DNA from: Armatimonadota bacterium
Lineage (GTDB): Bacteria > Armatimonadota > HRBIN16
NCBI GenBank assembly: GCA_963677485.1
Contig: OY781964.1
Location: 224,001-288,000, forward strand
DNA length: 64,000 nucleotides
Direction of reading: 5' to 3'
Part shown: positions 51,387-60,108 of the stretch, piece by piece
How positions within the stretch are numbered: the stretch's first letter is position 1
Layout of the letters: every line of letters begins with the position of its first letter
The notes under the pieces: generated by a model
What the model saw: the letters and a program-made list of their open reading frames with translations, nothing else
Databases searched by the model: none
Told to the model about the DNA's origin: nothing
Made by a program: the position numbers and the translations under genes

Positions 51387-52964
51387 TTGGATAGAAAAGG
51401 CATCGTCAACATCATCAACTTCATCCGCGCGGTCGACCCGCGCGACCCACGCATCGACCTGATAGGCACCGTGGCGAATCAAATTGAGCTTGTGAACAAG
51501 CACAACTTCGCCGCCACCTGGCTGCTGCAGTACGATGCGTTGATCATGCCCGAATACGTGCAGATGCTGAAGGCCGCCGGTCCACAGCACGAAATCGGCG
51601 CGTGGTTCGAGACCCCTCAGCCACTGGTTGAGAAGGCAGGCATCAAGTGGCGCGGCCGACCAGGTTTCGCGTGGGACTGGCACACCGATGTCGGCTTTTC
51701 CGTGGGATATACCCCGGCTGAGCGCGAAAAGATGGCCGATGTGTTCATGGAGGAGTTCAAAGCGGTATTTGGTAAATACCCGGCGTCAGTGGGCTCCTGG
51801 TTCATGGATGCGCACCTGATTGGCTATCTTGCCGACCGCTACGGCGTCTGCTCATCATGTAACTGCCGCGACCAGATTGGAACCGATGGCTATACCCTGT
51901 GGGGCGGATACTGGGGGCAAGCCTTCTATCCCAGCCGCAAGAACGCCTATATGCCGGCCCAGACCGCCAAAAACCAGATTCCTGTGCCGGTATTCAGAAT
52001 GCTTGGGAGCGACCCAATCTACCAGTATTCCGCCAACCTGGGCGGAAACGGACAGGGCGTGATGACGCTGGAGCCAGTCTACGCTGGTGATGGCGGTGGT
52101 GGTGATCCCAAGTGGGTGCGCTGGTTCTTCGATACGACTTACGGCTCCCCATGCCTCACTTTCGCCTACGCTCAAGCGGGTCAGGAGAACTCCTTCGGCT
52201 GGCCCGGCATGTCCAAAGGGCTGACAGACCAAATCCAGCTGCTTGCCTCCTTGTCGGCTGAGGGCAAACTGACCGTTGAGACGCTAGAGGCATCATCAGC
52301 TTGGTTCCGCAAGCACTACCCCGTCACCCCAGCCTCTGCCGTCACGGCACTGACCGACTGGCGCGGCGATGGGAGGAAGGCGGTTTGGTACAACAGCCGG
52401 TTCTACCGAACCAACCACTTCTGGAGCACAGAGGGCTTCATGATCCGCGACCTGCACATATTTGATGAGAACTACACCGAACGATACCTGACAGAGATCT
52501 GCACCACGCACGACGCGGCATACGATACCCTGCCCATCTGCGATGGCTTCGTGTGGAGCGACCACGAGTATTCAGCGGGCGTCCGGCTGTGGCTGCAGCA
52601 TGCCGATGGCAGTCGAACCCAGCTTGGTAAGGTCGACCCCAAAGTCTCTGAAGACGGCCAGAACCTGCGGATCAGCTGGAAAGAAGATGATGGCACCTCC
52701 GTCAAGATTGTCAATAAGCCAGACACCCTGGAGATCACCATCACCCCTGCCGATTCTAAAGCGCAGTGTTACGCCGAACTAAGCTGGGCGGACGGGAAAG
52801 CAGAGCCGATTAAGATGGTAAAAACCCACAACATACTCTATACCTACGAGCACTTCGACTACGAGTTGCAGTGTACCGTCGGCGAGATGTCGTCTGATCT
52901 ATCGGCCCACGCCATCAGGATCAAGCCCAGCAACCATAAAATCAGCCTGCGGTTCAGGAAGTAG
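51387..52964 (+). CDS. Conserved hypothetical protein, polysaccharide deacetylase/glycoside hydrolase-like barrel
   Basis: TWLLQYDAL, HEIGAWFE, FGKYPASVGSW; GGGGAG RBS with TTG start. Confidence 0.6.
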   Translation: MDRKGIVNIINFIRAVDPRDPRIDLIGTVANQIELVNKHNFAATWLLQYDALIMPEYVQMLKAAGPQHEIGAWFETPQPLVEKAGIKWRGRPGFAWDWHTDVGFSVGYTPAEREKMADVFMEEFKAVFGKYPASVGSWFMDAHLIGYLADRYGVCSSCNCRDQIGTDGYTLWGGYWGQAFYPSRKNAYMPAQTAKNQIPVPVFRMLGSDPIYQYSANLGGNGQGVMTLEPVYAGDGGGGDPKWVRWFFDTTYGSPCLTFAYAQAGQENSFGWPGMSKGLTDQIQLLASLSAEGKLTVETLEASSAWFRKHYPVTPASAVTALTDWRGDGRKAVWYNSRFYRTNHFWSTEGFMIRDLHIFDENYTERYLTEICTTHDAAYDTLPICDGFVWSDHEYSAGVRLWLQHADGSRTQLGKVDPKVSEDGQNLRISWKEDDGTSVKIVNKPDTLEITITPADSKAQCYAELSWADGKAEPIKMVKTHNILYTYEHFDYELQCTVGEMSSDLSAHAIRIKPSNHKISLRFRK

Positions 52965-52982
52965 CCAATATATCAGCCAAGT

Positions 52983-53026
52983 GGCCCCTCCGGTGGTGTG
53001 TCTGTCACCGCCGAGGGGCCGTTTTT
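52983..53026 (+). terminator. Rho-independent terminator
   Basis: ggcccctc..gaggggcc followed by gttttt. Confidence 0.75.
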
Positions 53027-53114
53027 GTATTTACGGTATATGCTTCACTCACACGGTTAAAATCAGGCCAAATATGTGCTATAGTAAACCAATAAACCAC
53101 TCTAAGGAAGTGTC

Positions 53115-55301
53115 ATGGCAAACTTGATCTTCACATTCGCGTTCGCTCTATGCCTCAGCTTGCTGTTCATCAAGCCAAAACGTGTCTACGCACAGGAGGC
53201 ACCAGTCAGCATCCGCAGTTTCCAGCCCACCGTTGGTGTGTGCCGTGCGCAGCGGGCCACCACACTCGACGCGGTTCTGGTTAATAACGCAAATTCCGCC
53301 ACAAACATCGAATACAAGCTCACCCTTCCTGCAGGCATCCGCCTCCATAAAGGTCAGCCAGGTGCTCGGATCAGCCTGAAGCAGGTCATCACCAAGCTCA
53401 ACTGGCTCGTAGAGGCTGCTTCTGAGGGTGTGGATGACATGAAGCTGGAGGCTTTCGTAGGCGGACGGCTGGTGGCATCCTACCCGCTGCAGCTCAGATT
53501 CCTGCAGCCGATGGCCGTGAAAAAGCTGCCCTACATTCCAGAGCCGGAGCCTGTGAAGCACAAGCTGTTGATCGGTGCCCACAACTGCCCGCTTTGGGAG
53601 CACGACAAGCCCAACATGTGGTCACAACTGCTCAAACACCCGGAACGTACACCCGCGCTAGGGTTCTACAGCCAGGAAAATCCGCAGATCGCTGACTGGG
53701 AAACCAAATGGTGTGCCGAACACGGTTTGGACTACTTTATCTACTGCTGGTACCGGTCAAGCCAAGGCGAAGCCGTGAAGCAAAAGTTCGGCAGTGCGAT
53801 CCATAACGCCTTTTACCACTCACGGTATGAGAAATACATGAAGTTCACCATCATGTGGGAAAACCAATCCATAGGCTCATCTGGGGTAGCTGACGAGAAG
53901 GACTTGATGAACAACCTCATGCCTTTTTGGATCAACAACTACTTCAAACGGGACAGCTACCTGAAGATCGACAACAAGCCGGTGCTGTATATCTACCGTC
54001 CTGAGAACCTCATCATCGACCTCGGCGGCATCGAGAACGTGCCCAAGGCGTTTGACAAGATGCGGCAGGCCTGCGTGAAGGCGGGTTTCGACGGCCTCAC
54101 CATTCTGGGCGAATACCGCGGACTTGACCCCAACCACTTAACTCTCATGAAGCAGTTGGGCCTTGACTATACCTTTGCTTATTGCTGGGGTATTCAAGAC
54201 AGCCCGAAACCTGATGTGGTGGTCGATACCCAGATGCACTATATCAAGGCCACGCAAGAGCTGGGCATCATCCCGCAGGTGGTCACCGTCTCGCAGGCCT
54301 GGAGCGGCTGGTCCGATGAAGGCAGCATTTGGAAGCTCCCACCGGCAGATTTCGAGCGGTTGCTGAGGCAGGCCAAGGATTTCATCGGCACCATACCCCA
54401 AAACGAGCTGGGCAGCCGCATGTTAATTCTGGACAACTGGAACGAGTGGGGTGAAGGTCACTACATCGCCTCATACCGTGAATATGGCTTTGGATACCTC
54501 GACGCGGTGCGCAATGTGTTTTCCGACGCACCCAAAGAGCACATCGACCTGCTGCCCGAGGATATCGGCATAGGGCCGTACGACCTGGATTACAAAGCCT
54601 ACACGAAACGTCAGGATGCGCTCTCCGAGCATCTAGGCGACGTCGTCACAAAGAAGGGCGCTGACGAAAAAGGGCTGATCGGATGGTGGTCATTTGATGA
54701 GAGCAGGAATGCGCCGTATGTGCTGGACTACTCCGGTCACCGATTGGGCGGGTATCTCTACGAAACCACCCGCACCAAGGGGTGGGACGGCAACGCGCTG
54801 AACTGTCAGGGCGGATGCGCGGTCATCGCCAACAACGCGCTGCTGGCGCCCCAAACGGGCCTCACCTTCTCGCTATGGGTGTATACCGATAAGGCAAACC
54901 AATCGGACCGCTGGATGCTCAACCGCATCTTGTCGGGTCGGTTGGATACCGGCTACCGATTGGGGTTTACGGAGGGGTGTGTCACCTTCGCCATGCCGCT
55001 GACCGAGTGGAGTCACCACGTAACGACTTCCCGACCGCTGCCTGTGGGTAAATGGGTTTATCTCGCGGTGACCTATGATAATCGCACGATCCGCATCTAT
55101 ATAGATGGTGTGGAGAGCGCTTCACTGGAGCGGGGGGGGCCTGTGAAGGGCAACGACCTGAACCTGTGCATCGGCAACTTCGATCCTGGCCACGGTGCCT
55201 TTTTCCAGGGCAAGATCGATGAGGTCAAGCTCTACAACCGCGCACTCATCCCCGCGGAGCTGCGCCGTCACGCCGCCGAGAAGCCCCCTGTGGCGAAGTA
55301 G
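53115..55301 (+). CDS. Secreted GH99-like/WbsX-like glycoside hydrolase with C-terminal LamG domain
   Basis: Signal peptide; PALGFY, FIYCWY, NWNEWGEG; LamG GKIDEVKLYNRAL. Confidence 0.8.
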   Translation: MANLIFTFAFALCLSLLFIKPKRVYAQEAPVSIRSFQPTVGVCRAQRATTLDAVLVNNANSATNIEYKLTLPAGIRLHKGQPGARISLKQVITKLNWLVEAASEGVDDMKLEAFVGGRLVASYPLQLRFLQPMAVKKLPYIPEPEPVKHKLLIGAHNCPLWEHDKPNMWSQLLKHPERTPALGFYSQENPQIADWETKWCAEHGLDYFIYCWYRSSQGEAVKQKFGSAIHNAFYHSRYEKYMKFTIMWENQSIGSSGVADEKDLMNNLMPFWINNYFKRDSYLKIDNKPVLYIYRPENLIIDLGGIENVPKAFDKMRQACVKAGFDGLTILGEYRGLDPNHLTLMKQLGLDYTFAYCWGIQDSPKPDVVVDTQMHYIKATQELGIIPQVVTVSQAWSGWSDEGSIWKLPPADFERLLRQAKDFIGTIPQNELGSRMLILDNWNEWGEGHYIASYREYGFGYLDAVRNVFSDAPKEHIDLLPEDIGIGPYDLDYKAYTKRQDALSEHLGDVVTKKGADEKGLIGWWSFDESRNAPYVLDYSGHRLGGYLYETTRTKGWDGNALNCQGGCAVIANNALLAPQTGLTFSLWVYTDKANQSDRWMLNRILSGRLDTGYRLGFTEGCVTFAMPLTEWSHHVTTSRPLPVGKWVYLAVTYDNRTIRIYIDGVESASLERGGPVKGNDLNLCIGNFDPGHGAFFQGKIDEVKLYNRALIPAELRRHAAEKPPVAK

Positions 55302-55369
55302 CGACACAGGCGCCAAATTGGTAATTGTCAATTAACAATTGTCAACAGCGTGGCGAAGTCACGTAACCG

Positions 55370-55406
55370 ACTCCCCGCCGGCATCGCCGGCGGGGAGTTT
55401 TCGTTT
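55370..55406 (+). terminator. Rho-independent terminator
   Basis: ctccccgccggc-atc-gccggcggggag followed by ttttcgttt. Confidence 0.8.
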
Positions 55407-55536
55407 GTGGGAGGGGTGGGCGCAGTTTGGCAATTTCGTTGAAAAGGGATTGACTCTGCGTGTGACAACGTGCATAATAGGGGTAATGGCTGGAGGAAGT
55501 CACGAACTTCTCCTGGCTCTACGAAGGAGTACGCCC

Positions 55537-57591
55537 ATGTCGCGCTTATTTGCTTTAATGTCATCTGTCTGGTTAGTTGTATCGATGCTATGTATAACAG
55601 CATTGCCGGTAAATGCAGCACCAACGATCACGTCATTCACTCCGAACACTGCCAAGGTTGGGCAAGTGGTTACGATCACTGGAACAAGCTTCACGGGTGC
55701 AACTTCGGTAGAATTCAACGGCACATCGGCGGATGTTTATACTGTCAATAGTGCCACCTCCATACTGTCCACCGTACCTAGAGGGGCCACGACAGGCAAG
55801 ATTTCGGTTACAACACCTGCGGGCATGGCCACCAGTTCATCAGACTTTACAGTGATACCCGCACCCATCATAGATTCTTTTACTCCGGTAAGCGGCAAAG
55901 TCGGGCAGACAGTCGCAATTTCCGGTATGAACTTCTATGGGGCGACTTCTGTGAAGTTCAATGGTACAGCAACGACCTTCACTATCGATAGCGATAGCAA
56001 TATAACTACAAAGGTACCAAACGGAGCTACCACTGGTACAATCTCGGTTGCTACCCCCTCGATTAAAGCCACCAGTGCTACCATCTTCACCGTATATTAT
56101 CTACCAACCATATCTTCTTTTGACTCAGATGGGGGTATCGTAGGGCAAACTATCTCCATCACAGGAACGAACTTCGCTGGTGCGACTTCAGTTGAATTCA
56201 ACGGAACACCGGCTTCATCCTACACAGTCAAGAGTGCGACTACACTCTTAGCCACAGTGCCGGACGGAGCCACGACAGGCCCTATCACCGTAGTATCTCC
56301 CTTCTACAGGGGCTCTAGTGCGAAGGATTTTGTTATATATGAAAGCTTAGGCCGCGGTGGAACCATTGATGTATGGGGGCAACAACGCCAAGTTGCAGGA
56401 ATATATAATGGTTATGTTGCTGCAACTGCAAGGGATCAATATATAATTGGACTGGACATCTACGGTTCAGTGTCTGTATGGGGTAGTGATTATGGGTTGA
56501 GTAATGTACCTTCACCTAACAACGGATTCACAGCCATCGATACATATAATGGTCGTGTTGTTGGGTTGAAAAGAGACGGTTCTATCGTTTGCTGGGGCAA
56601 TAACGGAGGATCAAGCAATCTATTGATCGTTCCAAAGCCTAATACGGACTTCACTGCTATCGCCGCAGGACAAGGACATACAATTGGACTAAAGAGTGAT
56701 GGATCGGTCGTGTGCTGGGGTGATAACTCGCAGGGACAATTGAATATTCCTGTGCCTAACCAAGATTTCACTGCCATCTCAGCGGGTAGTCGCCACAGTA
56801 TTGGACTAAAGCAGGACGGCTCCGTCGTATGCTGGGGTTCTAATGGGTACGGCCAGCGGGATGTTCCCTATCCCAACAAGGACTTCACGGCTGTGGTGGC
56901 AGGCGAACAGCATTCAATAGGTCTTAAAAATGATGGGACGATCATTTGCTGGGGATGGAATGGGGTAGGGCAATGTGATGTACCATATCCCCATAAGGAC
57001 TTTGTTGCCATCGCGGCTGGAGAAAGGCATTCTGTTGGTATGAAAGTCGACGGAACGATCGTTTGTTGGGGAGAAAATGGTTACGGTCAGTGTTCAGTGC
57101 CACAACCTAACAGTGGGTTTATTGCTATTGCTGCGGGTGGCGGCTACTCCACTATCGCCATCCGCAGTGTACAAGCCATTTCGGGTCAAATTCAATTAAG
57201 TGACTTTATTGGCAGTATATCGTCGCAGAGATTTACGGCTGAGGTGAAAAGCGCATCGGATCCTAGCATCTGGCATACACTGAGTCTGACCCAACAAGGC
57301 AATGGCAACTTCAATCTCTCCACCTATTTACAACCACCATATGATATCCGCATCTCAGGCTCTCACTTTCTGGCTGTGAAGTCCACGAATGTCAGTTCCG
57401 ATCAAAGCCTCAATATCGCACTCACGAACGGTGATGCCGACGGAGATGGTCAAATCAACCTTTTTGACTTCGTGGTGCTTGATACACAATTCGGACATCC
57501 GACTGCTATGTCTGACCTTGATGGTGATGGCCAGGTGAATCTGTTTGACTACGTGGTTATCGACCAAAACTTTGGTGCTCAAGGGGACTAA
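55537..57591 (+). CDS. Secreted protein: 3 IPT/TIG domains, RCC1-like propeller, dockerin/EF-hand-like C-terminus
   Basis: PTITSFTP..VTITG repeats; IAAG..HSIGLK.DG.VVCWG.N repeats; GDADGDGQINLFDF and DLDGDGQVNLFDY; AAGGAG RBS. Confidence 0.85.
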   Translation: MSRLFALMSSVWLVVSMLCITALPVNAAPTITSFTPNTAKVGQVVTITGTSFTGATSVEFNGTSADVYTVNSATSILSTVPRGATTGKISVTTPAGMATSSSDFTVIPAPIIDSFTPVSGKVGQTVAISGMNFYGATSVKFNGTATTFTIDSDSNITTKVPNGATTGTISVATPSIKATSATIFTVYYLPTISSFDSDGGIVGQTISITGTNFAGATSVEFNGTPASSYTVKSATTLLATVPDGATTGPITVVSPFYRGSSAKDFVIYESLGRGGTIDVWGQQRQVAGIYNGYVAATARDQYIIGLDIYGSVSVWGSDYGLSNVPSPNNGFTAIDTYNGRVVGLKRDGSIVCWGNNGGSSNLLIVPKPNTDFTAIAAGQGHTIGLKSDGSVVCWGDNSQGQLNIPVPNQDFTAISAGSRHSIGLKQDGSVVCWGSNGYGQRDVPYPNKDFTAVVAGEQHSIGLKNDGTIICWGWNGVGQCDVPYPHKDFVAIAAGERHSVGMKVDGTIVCWGENGYGQCSVPQPNSGFIAIAAGGGYSTIAIRSVQAISGQIQLSDFIGSISSQRFTAEVKSASDPSIWHTLSLTQQGNGNFNLSTYLQPPYDIRISGSHFLAVKSTNVSSDQSLNIALTNGDADGDGQINLFDFVVLDTQFGHPTAMSDLDGDGQVNLFDYVVIDQNFGAQGD

Positions 57592-57902
57592 GTGGTGTAT
57601 CACATCATCACCATTATGTTGAATCGGAAACAATCGAAAGCAGAAGTGTTGAGTTGTCGGTTGCTTGCCAGGTCGGGCGAACCATAGGCATATCATGTAA
57701 CCTACACACCCATCTTCTCGATGAGTGTTTAGGTTGCGGTATGATTGAATATCCCAAAATGTTGGCTGCGCAGGCCAGGATGGCAAGTGGGCGATGATTT
57801 ATGTGGCTAAGCTTTATATCAACATGAGCGATGTTGATATAGTAATAAGGACGTAAAAACTACGAACTATTGCCCAACTATACATATGCATGGAGTAGTG
57901 AC

Positions 57903-59663
57903 ATGGTCGATTCAATAACGAATTTAGCATTTTCAATGAGCGCAAGTAAAGGGGTGTACGCCTTACTACTGGGGTCGGGTATTAGTCGGTCTGCCGGGAT
58001 ACTTACAGGATGGGAAATAACGCTAGAGCTCATCAGAAAGCATGCTCATATTATAGATCCTGATCTACAACTGGATGAGCAAGGATGTATTGATTGGTAT
58101 CATCAACATATTACAAACGGACAAAATATTGAACATGGACGGTATCCCGATTACTCCAAGGTCGTAGAGGCACTTGCCCCCGAGCAAGTTGACCGTCAGG
58201 CATTACTTCGTCCGTATTTTGAACCTACAGAAATAGATCGTGAGCAAAACAAAAAGGTACCTACTCAGGCGCATCATGCCATCGCTAAGTTGATAAAATC
58301 CGGACATGTCAAGCTGGTGCTAACTACGAATTTCGATCATTTACTAGAACTGGCGTTAGCAGACATAGGAATTGAACCAGACATCATTAGTACTGTAGAT
58401 GATCTTCAGGGACGAAGACCTATCTGCCACTCCCCACATTGCATCGTGAAGCTGCATGGTGACTACCAAGACTTGAGAATAAAAAACACATTAACAGAAC
58501 TCTCGGTTTATGAAACAGAGTTCAATGATCTACTAGATCACGTGCTTGATGACTATGGCTTAGTGATCTGCGGATGGTCCGCAGAATGGGATATAGCTTT
58601 GAGGGAAGCCATCATGCGTGCTCCAAATAGACGGTATTCAACCTACTACACATCATATGGTAAACCTGGCACACAAGCCCAAGAACTGATCCAGAAAAGA
58701 AAGGCTACAGAAATCCAGATTGATGGAGCTGATGAGTTTTTCACAGCCCTGCAGGAGCAAGTTCAGTCCATTGAGGAATATTCACGCCATCATCCTGATT
58801 TAATCGAACTCGCCGTAGCGATGATGAAGCATTATATGGCCGATGCAAATCGACGTATTCAACTGGAGGACTTCGTCGATCAAGTGACGACAGATACCAT
58901 AGCTTCGTTGAAGAAAATTTGGGATAGCCCTAGTTATGGAACAATTAATGAACTGATTGAACTATTTCATAGAATTGAAACGGCTTGTTCAATGCTTACA
59001 GCCATAGCAGCTATAGGAGGCGCGTTTTATGCCAAAGAACATGAGCAGATGTGGACTCGAGTCATAAAACAATTATTAGTCTATTCCGATTCAAGCATTT
59101 CTAGTAAACGCAATGAAATACGTCGTTGCCCGGTCCGAATCATATTGTATGCACTTAGTATCGGCGCAGTGAGGGGTGGGCATATCCAGATGATTAGTAT
59201 GCTTCTCAACGTTTCATGCAGCAACTATCAAGAAAGAGAAGTATCTGTGGTCGATATTGCTAAGCGTTTCTGTGCTGACGCATATACATGGCGAGACTAT
59301 AAACCCATCATCCATATGAGCGAATGGCTGTACGATACATTGCGTCAACCATTTATGCAGCTGCTACATGATGAGAGTATGTATAAGCAGATATTTGATA
59401 CTGCTGATATTCTGATATCTCTTGGGGTTGCCTACCGAGGGAAAATTGGCGGAAGCATGCAGTTCTTGGTGGGTCTATATGGTATTCGAGACCATCATTA
59501 CACGTTACTAAAAAGACAAATCGAAGAATCTATTAGTATTTACAAGAACAGTTCGGAATATGTGAGTATAGGTTTCATTGGCTATGATGCAACTGAATGC
59601 GAAGACACATTGAAAGAATTCCATGAGGAATTCATTAAGCAATGCGCCGTGTTGAAAGGGTAA
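57903..59663 (+). CDS. SIR2-family (SIR2_2-like) protein, probable anti-phage NADase
   Basis: LLLGSGISRSAG, TTNFD, KLHGD, ICGWS; AT-rich codon usage. Confidence 0.85.
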   Translation: MVDSITNLAFSMSASKGVYALLLGSGISRSAGILTGWEITLELIRKHAHIIDPDLQLDEQGCIDWYHQHITNGQNIEHGRYPDYSKVVEALAPEQVDRQALLRPYFEPTEIDREQNKKVPTQAHHAIAKLIKSGHVKLVLTTNFDHLLELALADIGIEPDIISTVDDLQGRRPICHSPHCIVKLHGDYQDLRIKNTLTELSVYETEFNDLLDHVLDDYGLVICGWSAEWDIALREAIMRAPNRRYSTYYTSYGKPGTQAQELIQKRKATEIQIDGADEFFTALQEQVQSIEEYSRHHPDLIELAVAMMKHYMADANRRIQLEDFVDQVTTDTIASLKKIWDSPSYGTINELIELFHRIETACSMLTAIAAIGGAFYAKEHEQMWTRVIKQLLVYSDSSISSKRNEIRRCPVRIILYALSIGAVRGGHIQMISMLLNVSCSNYQEREVSVVDIAKRFCADAYTWRDYKPIIHMSEWLYDTLRQPFMQLLHDESMYKQIFDTADILISLGVAYRGKIGGSMQFLVGLYGIRDHHYTLLKRQIEESISIYKNSSEYVSIGFIGYDATECEDTLKEFHEEFIKQCAVLKG

Positions 59664-59829
59664 AACAAGATGCGCCGACATTTATGAATTAATCGAAATG
59701 AGCTACAGTCCAAACATAAATGACAAAACTGTCAGTTCATTGTAAATATCATTTGCAACGACTAGCTTACATGCCAACCGTCAGACTTATATATCACCAA
59801 ATCCGTATCCACCACGTTCCAACCACCAC

Positions 59830-59966
59830 CTCGGGAGGCCAATCGGGAGATTGGCGTTCCCAGGAGGCCATACGCCATAGTCATACCTCCTAATCTGTGT
59901 CATCTGCGTAATCTGTGGATAATCCCTCCCCCTCCGTGTCCTCCGCGCCTCCGCGTGCGATAATCC
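59830..59966 (+). repeat. REP-like hairpin plus two triple short repeats downstream of SIR2
   Basis: gccaatc-ggga-gattggc; aatctgtgt/catctgcgt/aatctgtgg; cctccgtgt/cctccgcgc/ctccgcgtg. Confidence 0.85.
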
Positions 59967-60108
59967 CAGCCCCAACCGCCCGCATGTAGCAATGCAACTG
60001 GTATTTGTAGCATAATACTGGTATCCGGTGACCATTCTATTTCAGCCATCATTAACTCCATTGAACGTTTTGAGTGACGCATCGGCCATCTTTCGGAGGT
60101 GTTTTCAT

